DNA of 64,000 nucleotides from an uncultured Ellagibacter sp. (GTDB lineage: Bacteria; Actinomycetota; Coriobacteriia; Coriobacteriales; Eggerthellaceae), in the NCBI RefSeq assembly GCF_934636505.1, contig NZ_CAKUAL010000001.1, forward strand, positions 6,706 through 70,705, read 5' to 3'. Numbering within the stretch: the stretch's first letter is position 1; every line of letters starts with the position of its first letter. The translations under genes and the position numbers were made by a program. Below are positions 8,801 through 17,089 of this stretch, one piece after another. The notes under the pieces were generated by a model. It saw only the letters and a program-made list of their open reading frames with translations. It did not search any database and was not told the DNA's origin.

Positions 8801-11387
8801 TGCGGCGGGCAACGATGTGACGGGCGAGTTCGACGTCGAGGTCAAGGATGGCTCGCTCGCCATCGACCCAGCTGAGGTGATCATCAAGCCCAAGGACGCG
8901 AGCAAGCCCTACGACGGCACGTCGCTTGTGGCGAGCGAGTTCACGGCCACCGGCTTCGTCGGGGGCGATGGCATCACGGGCGTGACCTACGGCGGGTCGC
9001 AGCTCAACTTCGGGGAGAGCGAGAGCACCATCGCGGGGTTTGCGGCGGCTGGTTCCACTAAGCTCACCAACTACCGGATCACTTTGGGCAAGGGTAAGCT
9101 CGAGGTGACCGCCAACGCCGAGAGGGTCGTCGTCACCATCAGGGAGAACAGCGCGACGTTCCCCTACGATGGCGAGGCGAAGACCGTCGAGGGATACGAG
9201 GTCGCAAAGATTTCCTCCGCCCTCTACAAGGAGAGCGACTTCGCCTTCGCGGGCGACGCCGCGCACAAGGTCGCCACCGGCACCGACGCCGGCGATTACG
9301 ACATGGGCCTCCTTGCCGGCGACTTCGAGAACAGGAGCGCTAACTTCTCGAACGTGGTATTCGAGATCGAGGACGGGCAGCTGCACATCGTCCCCGGCGA
9401 GATCGATAAGGACGCCGTCACGTGGGACGCCCACGACGTGCAGAAGGTCTACGACGGCGAGCCCCTTTCCGCCTACCGTGCGCGCGCCTGGGACAAGCGC
9501 GGCAACGAGCTCTCCGTCGAGTACAGCACCGACGGCGAGACCTGGGTGAGCGACCCCTCTAAGATCTCGCTGACGCATTTCGGCCATCTGGCCGTTAAGC
9601 TCCGCGCGACGGGCGCCAACTACGCGGCCGGCCAGTACGCGACGGGCTCCGAGAGCGTCGCCATCACGAAGCGTCTCGTCACGTTGGAGTCCGAGGGCGC
9701 GGACAAAACCTACGACGGCACGCCGCTCACCAACGGCGCCGTCAGCGTCACGCCAAAGGGCGAGGGGGTCGGCTTCGTCGACGGCGAGGGCGTGGCCCTC
9801 ACCGTCACGGGCTCGCAAACCGATGTCGGCGAGAGCGACAACACCTTCGTCTTCTCGTTCAACGAGGGGACGAGCGGAGACGACTACCTGGTGACCGCGA
9901 AGTGCGGCAAGCTCAAGGTGGCCGCGAACGCCGCCGGGGTCGTCGTCAAGATCAAGGGCAACACGGGCGGCGGGAAGTACGACGGCACGGAGCACGTCGT
10001 CGAGGGCTACGCCGTCTCCTACGTGGTCGGCGGCGCCGCGAGCACCGACGCCCCCGCCGGCTTCGACGCGGGCGACATCTCGTTCGCGGGCGCGGCGAAG
10101 GCGGCGGGCACCGACGCGGGCAGCTACCCCATGGGCCTCAAGGCGGGCGACTTCAGCTACGGCGGCAAGAACTTCTCGAACGTCAGCTTCGAGGTGGAGG
10201 ACGGCCGCCTTGTGATTGACCCTGCGACTCTCACTGTCACTACGCGCGGCGCGTCGAAGCCCTATGACGGCACAGCGCTCACGGCCCCGGGGGAGATTTC
10301 GGGCTTCGAGAACGGCGAGACCGCCAGCTTCGCCGCCAACGGCAGCCAGACGCTTGTGGGCGCGAGCGCCAATTCCTACGCCATCGCGTGGGACGGCACT
10401 GCTAAGGAATCGAACTACAACGTCGTGGAGGGCGCCATCGGTACCCTCGAGGTCACCCCGAGCCAGGTGGCAATCACCGTCACGCCGCGCGACGGCAGCA
10501 AGGTCTACGACGGCAAGCCGCTGACCAGCGCTGGTATCGACGTCAACGGTCTGCCTGCGGGCTTCACGCTCGAGGCCGCGACCAAGGGCACCATCACGGA
10601 CGCCGGCGAGCTTCTGGCCGCGATCGACGCTTCCACCATTGTGATCAAGAATGCCGCCGGCGAGGACGTCACCGCCCAGTTCGCCAATGTGACGTGCGGG
10701 AAGGCCCCGCTCATCGTGACCAAGCGTCCCGTGACAGTAACTTCCGCGACGGATTCCAAGGTGTATGACGGTGCCGCGCTCACCAAGCACGAGGCAACGG
10801 TGACAGCTGGGTCGCTCGTCGAAGGCGAGAGCTTCGGCTACGACTTTACGGGCGAGCAGACGGCGGTTGGCTCCTCCGACAACACCTTCACCGTAAAAGC
10901 TGGCGCGAACACGAGCCTCGATAACTACGAGATTACCCAGGTGAGCGGCACGCTTACGGTTATCGCGTACACGCCGCCGGCACCTGGCCCTGGCACGGAC
11001 GAGCCGACGCCCGGCCCTGGCAAGAATCCGTCGACGCCGAATGGCCCGACGAATTCTTCCGATGTGACGCCGTCGGGTTCGACGACGCCGGACGATATGG
11101 GTTCCGTCCCGACGGCAACCGATTCGAAGGCGACCACTACGCCGAAGAGCGCCGACAAGGCAACTTCCGGAAACGACGCTCAATCGGAAGAGAGGCAGAG
11201 CCCCGATAGCGCATCGGGCGCTGAGCAGCCGACGAGCTGCTGGGTGCATTGGCTCATGATTCTCGGTACCATCGCAACGTTGGTTTACGGCGCGGTCGTC
11301 TCGCTGCGCCGCCGCCGCATGACCGCCGCTCTCGACAAGGAGATGGACGCGGTCTTGTCGGGGGCCAAGGAAGGAAGTGACAAGTAA
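5814..11387 (+). CDS. Giant repeat-containing cell-surface adhesin (Big_2-like, Listeria-Bacteroides/InlB-B-type, MucBP-like and many YDG/MBG-type repeats), C-terminal TM anchor
   Basis: N-terminal signal peptide. Motifs FNGWYTDQ and FAGW (InlB-B-type repeat). Two Y(K/Q)VxY...GY MucBP-like units. More than 12 repeats carry K(V/P)YDG(T/K/E)xL(T/S). Pro/Ser/Thr stalk, TM helix and RRRR. The start may be GTG 5814 or ATG 5844. Confidence 0.85.
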   Translation: MRNINNTINHMREAKSSANCTSWGNKVVSVVLSAILLGFGWPAVNPAEVYAEDGAANGGGSSQLSDDAANLAATLGGGDDAPARPSGESVGISSPALVGVESDIAGDSGDSNTPSATNNESGKAADSSAVADAAVAQSLSITGADTVAQFSTMQLTATTSPTNAEGTYVWSSNNDNILTVDQSGTVTGVRQGAATVTLNYTSPDGATTLTATHDVTVTSPTAATNSALFYYLNNPNGSLDSTSTTQWTSLGSGSVNLTGLSSSNFPKDNGKTAVFDRVSDRVITWPDGSTGDEYQVARGSSDWNNIFKAYKSVIEGMLPGVTVTDEDVESICVKPYKLTNNNDGYHVDCSVSITCRNLFNARYYVDDPTTPGEGFQLVASKLTYREGDTTDIADFADVSLPPSKTVGGIEYTFNGWYTDQALTQQVELPYTVDGNVNFYAKYLSGRQVIYDLAGGSWNNSDALVHAAQEGSTQTVKAEPTRVGHEFAGWIVSGLDGVTTLESGASFTMPDNNVTLTATWIELPACKVKYLEKGTDKELSPSDTLYGHAGDVVTADAKDDIEGYHLVDPSQASGKATLVEGEAPEIVFYYEKDAADYQVNYYLNGTEQKVADSETLSAPWGSEVAASDLAKGIDGYTAVPGQTATATVELDGSTVINVYYYQNVTLTANSATREYTGEQQRVEGYTCDVAEATFAGVSLLGGRGTDAGDYPYAFAAGAVGTVSADGKYIVAKTNDGKLLISANSQQIVVKIKGNTGGGKYDGTEQSVEGYAVSYVVGGAASIDAPAGFDAGDISFAGAAKATGADAGSYPMGLKAGDFSYGGKNFSNVSFEVEDGRLDISKRALIIKPKDASRVYNGEALTASEWEVVEGSPDQFLAGQGIVDPVFSGSQTAPGTSESSIVGWGYQEGTKAGNYEIRTEKGTLNVTSRGATETITVEANSTMATYDGKSHSAVGLKATEFVVGGKTYTVSGLSTEDPSATDAGTYTNNITGTAKVTDAAGNDVTGEFDVEVKDGSLAIDPAEVIIKPKDASKPYDGTSLVASEFTATGFVGGDGITGVTYGGSQLNFGESESTIAGFAAAGSTKLTNYRITLGKGKLEVTANAERVVVTIRENSATFPYDGEAKTVEGYEVAKISSALYKESDFAFAGDAAHKVATGTDAGDYDMGLLAGDFENRSANFSNVVFEIEDGQLHIVPGEIDKDAVTWDAHDVQKVYDGEPLSAYRARAWDKRGNELSVEYSTDGETWVSDPSKISLTHFGHLAVKLRATGANYAAGQYATGSESVAITKRLVTLESEGADKTYDGTPLTNGAVSVTPKGEGVGFVDGEGVALTVTGSQTDVGESDNTFVFSFNEGTSGDDYLVTAKCGKLKVAANAAGVVVKIKGNTGGGKYDGTEHVVEGYAVSYVVGGAASTDAPAGFDAGDISFAGAAKAAGTDAGSYPMGLKAGDFSYGGKNFSNVSFEVEDGRLVIDPATLTVTTRGASKPYDGTALTAPGEISGFENGETASFAANGSQTLVGASANSYAIAWDGTAKESNYNVVEGAIGTLEVTPSQVAITVTPRDGSKVYDGKPLTSAGIDVNGLPAGFTLEAATKGTITDAGELLAAIDASTIVIKNAAGEDVTAQFANVTCGKAPLIVTKRPVTVTSATDSKVYDGAALTKHEATVTAGSLVEGESFGYDFTGEQTAVGSSDNTFTVKAGANTSLDNYEITQVSGTLTVIAYTPPAPGPGTDEPTPGPGKNPSTPNGPTNSSDVTPSGSTTPDDMGSVPTATDSKATTTPKSADKATSGNDAQSEERQSPDSASGAEQPTSCWVHWLMILGTIATLVYGAVVSLRRRRMTAALDKEMDAVLSGAKEGSDK
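8050..8320 (+). repeat. Copy 1 of a 271-bp near-identical direct repeat inside the adhesin gene
   Basis: Nucleotide-level match to 9940-10210, with a few substitutions. Encodes VVVKIKGNTGGGKYDGTE...NFSNVSFEVEDGRL. Confidence 0.9.
9940..10210 (+). repeat. Copy 2 of the 271-bp near-identical direct repeat inside the adhesin gene
   Basis: See 8050-8320. The offset is exactly 1890 bp. Confidence 0.9.
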
Positions 11388-11896
11388 TGAAGAAGAGCAA
11401 CTGGATCGGCCTCGCCATCGCCGTGCTGATCGACGTATTCCTTCTGTGGCTGTGGTTCTTCTTGGGCTTCAATCGGGTTGATAGCCCGCTTGACCTGGTA
11501 ATTTCTATCATCTGGCTGGTGGCTATCGTCGCGGTTGCCGCGGCTGTCAATCGCCTTGAACGCCAGCGCGAGAAACGGCTGCGCACCATCTACGTGTCGT
11601 CGACGGCAATCTTCAACAAGGAACGCGGCCTCGTGTCGCTCGGATCTGCTGCGGCGGCGCCGAGCGTCATGGAGCGCATCCTGAGGGATATGGAATACGG
11701 CTTCGACCTGAAGGAGCTGCCGAAGCCGGAGGAGTTCAACTGCCGCTACGTCGTGCAAACCGACGAGTACAAGGCGGCTGGCGGGGAAGGCGGCGAGCCG
11801 ACCTGGAAGGGGACCGTTGTCGCGATCGACCGTGCGGCGGGCAACAGGGAGATGCCGTTCTCCTCGCGCGACGAGTTGGCGGCCGCCCTCTCGTAA
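11387..11896 (+). CDS. Hypothetical two-TM membrane protein, translationally coupled to the adhesin gene
   Basis: TAATG stop/start overlap. Two N-terminal hydrophobic helices followed by a soluble domain. Confidence 0.6.
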   Translation: MKKSNWIGLAIAVLIDVFLLWLWFFLGFNRVDSPLDLVISIIWLVAIVAVAAAVNRLERQREKRLRTIYVSSTAIFNKERGLVSLGSAAAAPSVMERILRDMEYGFDLKELPKPEEFNCRYVVQTDEYKAAGGEGGEPTWKGTVVAIDRAAGNREMPFSSRDELAAALS

Positions 11897-12042
11897 GAGG
11901 TGCCGCCTTCCCGACCGCCTTGCCGTCTTCAGCGTGGCCCCCCTTCTTGCAGTTCCCGTAGAAAGCGATTGGTTCCTGCGCGTTTTGCCCGCAAAAGCGC
12001 TACCATGTGGCGTTGATTTCGAGAAAGTCACGAAGGGGACCC

Positions 12043-13383
12043 ATGTTATCCGAACGAGTGCTCACTAACCTGGTCAAAGGCATCGCCAAGCAGCACCTTG
12101 ACCTGCATCCGACCGACGAGAAGTTCTTCCCTGGCCCGAAGCCCGGCGAGAAGTACATGCTCTACATGCACGTGCCGTTTTGCCAGGTGCTTTGCCCGTA
12201 TTGCAGCTTCAATCGCTATCCGTTCCGCGAGTCCGTTGCGCGTCCGTATTTTGAGAATATGCGCAAGGAAATGATGATGCTCAAGGACTTGGGCTACGAC
12301 TTCGAGAGCCTCTACATCGGCGGCGGCACGCCGACCATCATGCTCGACGAGCTGTGCAAGACGATCGACCTTGCGCGCGACAACTTCAGCATCAAGGAAG
12401 TGTCGTCGGAGACCAACCCCAACCATCTCGTGCAGCCGTGGCTCAACGAGCTGAAGGGTCGCGTCCAGCGTCTGTCCGTCGGAGTGCAAAGCTTCAACAA
12501 CGACCTGCTCAAGCAGATGGACCGCTACCACAAGTACGGTTCGGGCGAGGAAATCTTCGAACGCATCGGCGAGGCGGTTCCGTATTTCGACTCGCTCAAC
12601 GTGGACATGATCTTCAACTTCCCCTCGCAAACTGAGGACATTCTCTTCAACGACTTGGAGAAGATCGTCGAATGCGGCGCGCGCCAGACCACGTTCTCGC
12701 CGCTCTACATCTCGTCCGCAACCACGCGCAAGATGGTTGAGACGCTCGGGCGCATGGATTACAACCGCGAGTACCGCTACTACCAGATTCTCGACGGCGT
12801 GCTTGCCGGCGGCGACCACCCGTTCTTCGAGCGCGACACCATCTGGACGTTCACGCGCCTGAATGACCAGGGGAAAAAGGACGTCGAGCTGCCGTTCGAG
12901 GAGTTGCAGGTATCCTACAACGAGTACCCGGCGATCGGTTCGGGCTCGATCACGCACTTGAACGGCTGCCTGTACGTGAACTCGTTCAGCCTGCAGGAAT
13001 ACAACGACGCCATCCAGGCGGGGCACATGTCGATTATGGGCAAGTCGGTCATGGCGAAGCGCGATTTGGAGCGTTACTACTTCCTTCTGCATCTCTACCA
13101 GCTGCATCTCGACAAGCGCGCGTTCGAGCGCGAATTCGGCGAGCCGCTTGAGCTGGCGCTGCCGATCGAGCTGGCGTTCATGCGCGCGAACAGGTCGTTC
13201 GCGATCGACAACGACGACGAGCTCACGTTGACGACGAAGGGTCGCTACCTGACCCTTGTCATGTATCGCCAGTTCCTTTCGGGCATGAACAACCTGCGCG
13301 ACCAGGCGCGTGCGGCGCTTTCCGGTCCCGAGCGCGAGCTGCTCTTCGGGGACGGCGAGCCGGAAATCCAGATGGCGTGCTAG
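12043..13383 (+). CDS. Radical SAM protein, HemN/HemW-like (coproporphyrinogen III oxidase family)
   Basis: CxxxCxxC motif in HVPFCQVLCPYCSF, plus GGGTPT. ATG 12043 lies behind GAAGGGGA. Confidence 0.75.
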   Translation: MLSERVLTNLVKGIAKQHLDLHPTDEKFFPGPKPGEKYMLYMHVPFCQVLCPYCSFNRYPFRESVARPYFENMRKEMMMLKDLGYDFESLYIGGGTPTIMLDELCKTIDLARDNFSIKEVSSETNPNHLVQPWLNELKGRVQRLSVGVQSFNNDLLKQMDRYHKYGSGEEIFERIGEAVPYFDSLNVDMIFNFPSQTEDILFNDLEKIVECGARQTTFSPLYISSATTRKMVETLGRMDYNREYRYYQILDGVLAGGDHPFFERDTIWTFTRLNDQGKKDVELPFEELQVSYNEYPAIGSGSITHLNGCLYVNSFSLQEYNDAIQAGHMSIMGKSVMAKRDLERYYFLLHLYQLHLDKRAFEREFGEPLELALPIELAFMRANRSFAIDNDDELTLTTKGRYLTLVMYRQFLSGMNNLRDQARAALSGPERELLFGDGEPEIQMAC

Positions 13384-13424
13384 GGGCTTTCCTTCCTAGC
13401 GGAACAACCTTATAGCTGGAAGCG

Positions 13425-13460
13425 AAGCGGGCGATCGGGATGATCGCCCGCTTTTGGTTT
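13425..13460. terminator. Bidirectional rho-independent terminator between convergent genes
   Basis: 12-bp perfect stem AAGCGGGCGATC / GATCGCCCGCTT with a 5-nt loop and a T-rich tail. Confidence 0.65.
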
Positions 13461-13560
13461 CGGGTTAGATTTGCTTCCTGCCGCCGATGCGGGGGCTCGG
13501 CCTTGTGGCGTTTGCGTCGTCCCAGGTCCGGCTCGCAACAAGTGAGCCTGCTCGTGCCTT

Positions 13561-15192
13561 CTAGCGGTTTTGCAGGTAGCGCATGAGGATGGTCGCCGCC
13601 TCCGCGCGCGTCGCGTTGTCGATCGGGTTGAGCCATGCCTTGTTGCTCGCGTCGATCTTGCCGGAGATGATTCCCTTGTCGACAGTCCAGCTCAGAGCCG
13701 TTTTCGCCCATGAGTCGACCGCGCTGGCGTCGGGGAACTGCCCGAGCTTCACGCCGTCGCTCGTGGGATTCTTCCCGTCCATCCGCTTGGCGAAGTTTGC
13801 CAGCATGACAGCGATTTCCTCGCGCGTGATGGATGCGTCGGGGCGAAAGTCGTTGCTGTCGCCGTAGCCCTTCACGATCTCGGTCGCGCGCGCCCATCGG
13901 ATGGCGTTTCCGTAATAGTTGTCGTAGTCGACGTCGGAGAACGCGAGTGTGGACATGTCCGCCTGCGGGGAGCCCTGAAGCCGCCACAGCATGGTGATGA
14001 GCTGCCCGCGCGAAAGCGTGTCGTTGGGTCCGAACGTGCCGTTGTCGTAGCCTTTCATGATGCCGCGGCTCGACACGTACTCGACGGCCTGCAAATACCA
14101 AGCGCCGTCTTCCAAATCGCTGAACGCCTTGTTGGGCTCGGGCGTCGGGGTGGCGGAGCCACCGGGCGTCGGCGTCGGGTTGCTGGGGTCGGGCTTGCTG
14201 TCGAGGTAGGCGAGGCAGTCGGCGAGCTCGTTTCGGTAGCGATTCTGGTAGCTGGACACGTATTGGCTGTTCACGTAAGGCAGCTCCGCCACGTGGTCGA
14301 CGATGTAGTTGCACAGCGTGGTGACGAACTCGCGGTCGCTCATCGTGCCGGAGAGTCCCGCGCCGTCGTAGTGCTTCCCGTAGAGCGTGCCGCCGACGAA
14401 GAACTGCATGCCGCCCGATCCAAACAGGTTGCAAATGCCGCTGACCAGGCCTTTCACGCAATCGCTTCGGCTGTCCATATTGAAGTTGTGCGCGCTGTTG
14501 TTGCATAGGCGCAGCGCGTACTCGACGTATTCCTGGTAGAACCAGCCGTCCTGCAGGCGCGAGAATTCCTCGGGATTCGCCTGGTACGCGGCGGACCACG
14601 AATCGTTTAGCCTCTTCCCCGTGTCGGTTAAGGCCTTCTTGCTCGAGTCGTAGAGTTTCACGTTCGAGATGTCCACGCTTGCGTCCTTCAGCCACGCGAA
14701 CATGGAGTAGCGCGTCGGGCTGTAGTTGTAACAGGCGACGAGGAAATCCTGCAGGCCGAAGCGGTTGTCGAACTGGTAGCAGCCCATGGCGTGGTAGTTG
14801 TCGCCTGCGGAGAGGAGCATGTCATAGCCCTCGCCGCTCGTGAGCCTGTTGCCGCTCTCGTATTTCGTGAAGTAGAGGAATTCGTCGGAGAACGCGTCGT
14901 GCGGTGCGACGGTCGCGTTGAGGTTGACGCTTTGCAGGGTGATGCCCTCATCTTCTGCCTGGACAAATGCCTGCCTGTCGATGGGGATGCGGGTGGACGC
15001 AGGGGACGGGGCGCCCTCGCTTGCGGCCAAGGTCGAGCCGGCGTTCTCGTCACAAAGGGAATTCGCCTGTTGCTCAGGGGAAGGCGAGGCGGTCGCGCTG
15101 TCTTCTTGAGCAAACGCCATGGCGGGCATGCACCCGGTAACAAGGGCGAGCGCGCACGTGAAGGAGATAATCTTCGTCCGTAGGTCGGTCAT
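13561..15192 (-). CDS. Secreted protein with three C-terminal SLH (S-layer homology) domains and an uncharacterised N-terminal domain
   Basis: Signal peptide MTDLRTKIISFTCALALVTGCMPAMAFA. Three SLH-like units (FSDLEDGAWY..., FSDVDYDNYY..., FPDASAVDSW...). The start was moved to ATG 15192, behind GAGGA. Confidence 0.7.
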   Translation of the reverse strand: MTDLRTKIISFTCALALVTGCMPAMAFAQEDSATASPSPEQQANSLCDENAGSTLAASEGAPSPASTRIPIDRQAFVQAEDEGITLQSVNLNATVAPHDAFSDEFLYFTKYESGNRLTSGEGYDMLLSAGDNYHAMGCYQFDNRFGLQDFLVACYNYSPTRYSMFAWLKDASVDISNVKLYDSSKKALTDTGKRLNDSWSAAYQANPEEFSRLQDGWFYQEYVEYALRLCNNSAHNFNMDSRSDCVKGLVSGICNLFGSGGMQFFVGGTLYGKHYDGAGLSGTMSDREFVTTLCNYIVDHVAELPYVNSQYVSSYQNRYRNELADCLAYLDSKPDPSNPTPTPGGSATPTPEPNKAFSDLEDGAWYLQAVEYVSSRGIMKGYDNGTFGPNDTLSRGQLITMLWRLQGSPQADMSTLAFSDVDYDNYYGNAIRWARATEIVKGYGDSNDFRPDASITREEIAVMLANFAKRMDGKNPTSDGVKLGQFPDASAVDSWAKTALSWTVDKGIISGKIDASNKAWLNPIDNATRAEAATILMRYLQNR

Positions 15193-15330
15193 GGGGTCCT
15201 CGTTTCGTTTAGGCTGCGTTTGTGGGTAACGTGACGTGACCGTGTTTCCCCTGATTGTAGCGTAGGCTTTCTCCGTGCGCGCGCTTATCGCCGTCATTTT
15301 TCGAAATCATAGGCAAAAATGCAAGCGATG

Positions 15331-15378
15331 TTGCCATATATCGCGAATCGCAATATACTGCGTATTGCAATATATGGC
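15331..15378 (+). promoter_or_regulatory. Candidate HipB operator array
   Basis: T(T/C)GC(C/A)ATATA occurs at 15331, 15348 and 15365 (17-nt period). Outer inverted repeat GCCATATAT/ATATATGGC. The array ends 15 nt upstream of hipB. Confidence 0.4.
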
Positions 15379-15392
15379 GAAAAGAGGTTCTC

Positions 15393-15704
15393 ATGGGAAA
15401 GGTTGCGAGTGCGGAAGCGGCAGGGAGCATCATTAGACGGGTTCGCGAGGAGCGCGGAATCTCTCGGGCTTTTCTAGCGAAGCAGACAGGTATAGGGGCT
15501 CGCACTATCTATGCTCTTGAACAGGGGGAAAGCGAAAACTTCGGATTGGGGAACTACTTGAAGCTGCTTGATGTCCTCGAGATGAACATGTCGGTCGATC
15601 TTGATAAGCCGCTTAAACCGCCGACTGCTCTCGAGCCGTCGATTGAACTTCCCGAACTGAAAATGGCTGACATCTGGAGCCTCGACGGGAGTGGCGAAAA
15701 ATGA
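15393..15704 (+). CDS. hipB: XRE-family HTH antitoxin, HipB-like
   Basis: HTH segment ISRAFLAKQTGIGARTIYALEQG. ATGA overlap with the hipA-like gene. Confidence 0.75.
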   Translation: MGKVASAEAAGSIIRRVREERGISRAFLAKQTGIGARTIYALEQGESENFGLGNYLKLLDVLEMNMSVDLDKPLKPPTALEPSIELPELKMADIWSLDGSGEK

Positions 15705-17008
15705 CGGCAGCATACAGCTATCTAGACGTATATATTGCGGGCGTCTTCAGCGGAAAGCTCGCCGAGGACGGCCACGGCGGATTATCGTTCGAATACGACT
15801 TGAAGTATCAAGGGGTTCCCCTGTCGCTGTCGATGCCAGTCGGACTTCAGAGGAATGGCGATCGGGTCGTCCGTCCGTATCTTATGGGGCTTCTTCCTGA
15901 TGAACAGAGCACGCGGAACGCAATCGGCCTTCGGTATGGGATATCCCCGAACAACCCATTTCGCCTGCTCAGCGCTATTGGGCTTGATTGTCCAGGCGCT
16001 GTTCAGGTTTGCCAGCGAGGGGCAACCTTGCCCTCGGAAGACGATCGGCGCGATTTGACGCCGCTAATCGACGAGGATGTTGAAGAGAAGCTTGCTGCTG
16101 TGCGGAGGAATGCTGCTGCCGCATGGATTGACGGATCGGAAACGGAGGGCCGCTGGTCACTTGCGGGCTGCCAGGCTAAATTCACTTTGCGCGAACAAGA
16201 TGGCAAGTGGTTCGATTGTTCGGGCGCGGCGGCCTCGACGCATATCGTAAAGCCAGGGGTGGCTGGAATGAACAACCAGGCACTTGTCGAGTTTGCTTCG
16301 ATGCGAGCGGCTGCGAAAGTCGGCTTGCCCGCGGCTGAAGTGGATTTCTGCATGTTCGGCAGCGAACCTGCTGTTGTGATAAAGCGCTACGATCGCGTGC
16401 GAGACGAGAAGGGACGCGTTCTGCGAATCCATCAAGAAGATCTTTGCCAGGCGCTCGCCGTTATGCCCGACGCAAAATATGCCGAGCAGGGAGGGCCGAC
16501 GACGCCACAGATAATCGACTTGCTAAAGGCGACGGGGAAGAATGCACGGGAAAACGTCTACCGCTTCATTCTCTTTACCTTCTTCAACTATCTCATTGGC
16601 GCAACGGATGCGCATGCAAAAAATCACTCGCTCATGTTTCTCTCTCCCGATGACGTGAGAATTGCACCCCTCTATGACGTTGCGTCGATCGCCCCTTATC
16701 GTTCTTTGGCGCCATCGAAGCGGAAGCCTTTGCGCGCTGCGTTGCCTATTGGCGGCGAAAACAGGTTTGGAATGCTCGGTGCGAAAAACGTGAGGAAGAT
16801 GGTCGCGGATTGCGAGCTTGAGGAGATCGGCCTCGATTCGGATTTGCTTTGCGGAAGGCTTGCGACTATGGCAGAGCTTGCTCCTAGGGCGTTGCGCGAA
16901 GTCGCGTCCGAAGCGCGTGGCGAAGATTTTCGGGATGCGGAAGATGTCCTGACTTCGCTGGAGGACGAAGTTGCACAAAACTGCGCGCGAGTTCTTGAGA
17001 GAATGTGA
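15701..17008 (+). CDS. hipA: Type II toxin serine/threonine kinase HipA
   Basis: HipA N-terminal coupling motifs (LSFEYD, GLLPDE) and kinase-core motifs (SLAGCQAKF, IVKPG, RYDR, HQEDLCQAL, GATDAHAKNHS, APLYDV). Confidence 0.85.
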   Translation: MTAAYSYLDVYIAGVFSGKLAEDGHGGLSFEYDLKYQGVPLSLSMPVGLQRNGDRVVRPYLMGLLPDEQSTRNAIGLRYGISPNNPFRLLSAIGLDCPGAVQVCQRGATLPSEDDRRDLTPLIDEDVEEKLAAVRRNAAAAWIDGSETEGRWSLAGCQAKFTLREQDGKWFDCSGAAASTHIVKPGVAGMNNQALVEFASMRAAAKVGLPAAEVDFCMFGSEPAVVIKRYDRVRDEKGRVLRIHQEDLCQALAVMPDAKYAEQGGPTTPQIIDLLKATGKNARENVYRFILFTFFNYLIGATDAHAKNHSLMFLSPDDVRIAPLYDVASIAPYRSLAPSKRKPLRAALPIGGENRFGMLGAKNVRKMVADCELEEIGLDSDLLCGRLATMAELAPRALREVASEARGEDFRDAEDVLTSLEDEVAQNCARVLERM

Positions 17009-17089
17009 CGGGCGCCTTTTCGGCACGATTGTTATTTCGAGGGTCGAGCAGCCCGCTTGCAAGGATGCCTCTTGCTCCGTGCGGGCCGG

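Noticed and set aside
8190-11249. 1019-aa ORF on the minus strand inside the adhesin gene
   Set aside because: It is antisense to a gene with clear domain repeats. Its Arg/Ala/Gly-rich composition is typical of spurious open frames in GC-rich DNA, and it has no RBS or recognisable motifs.
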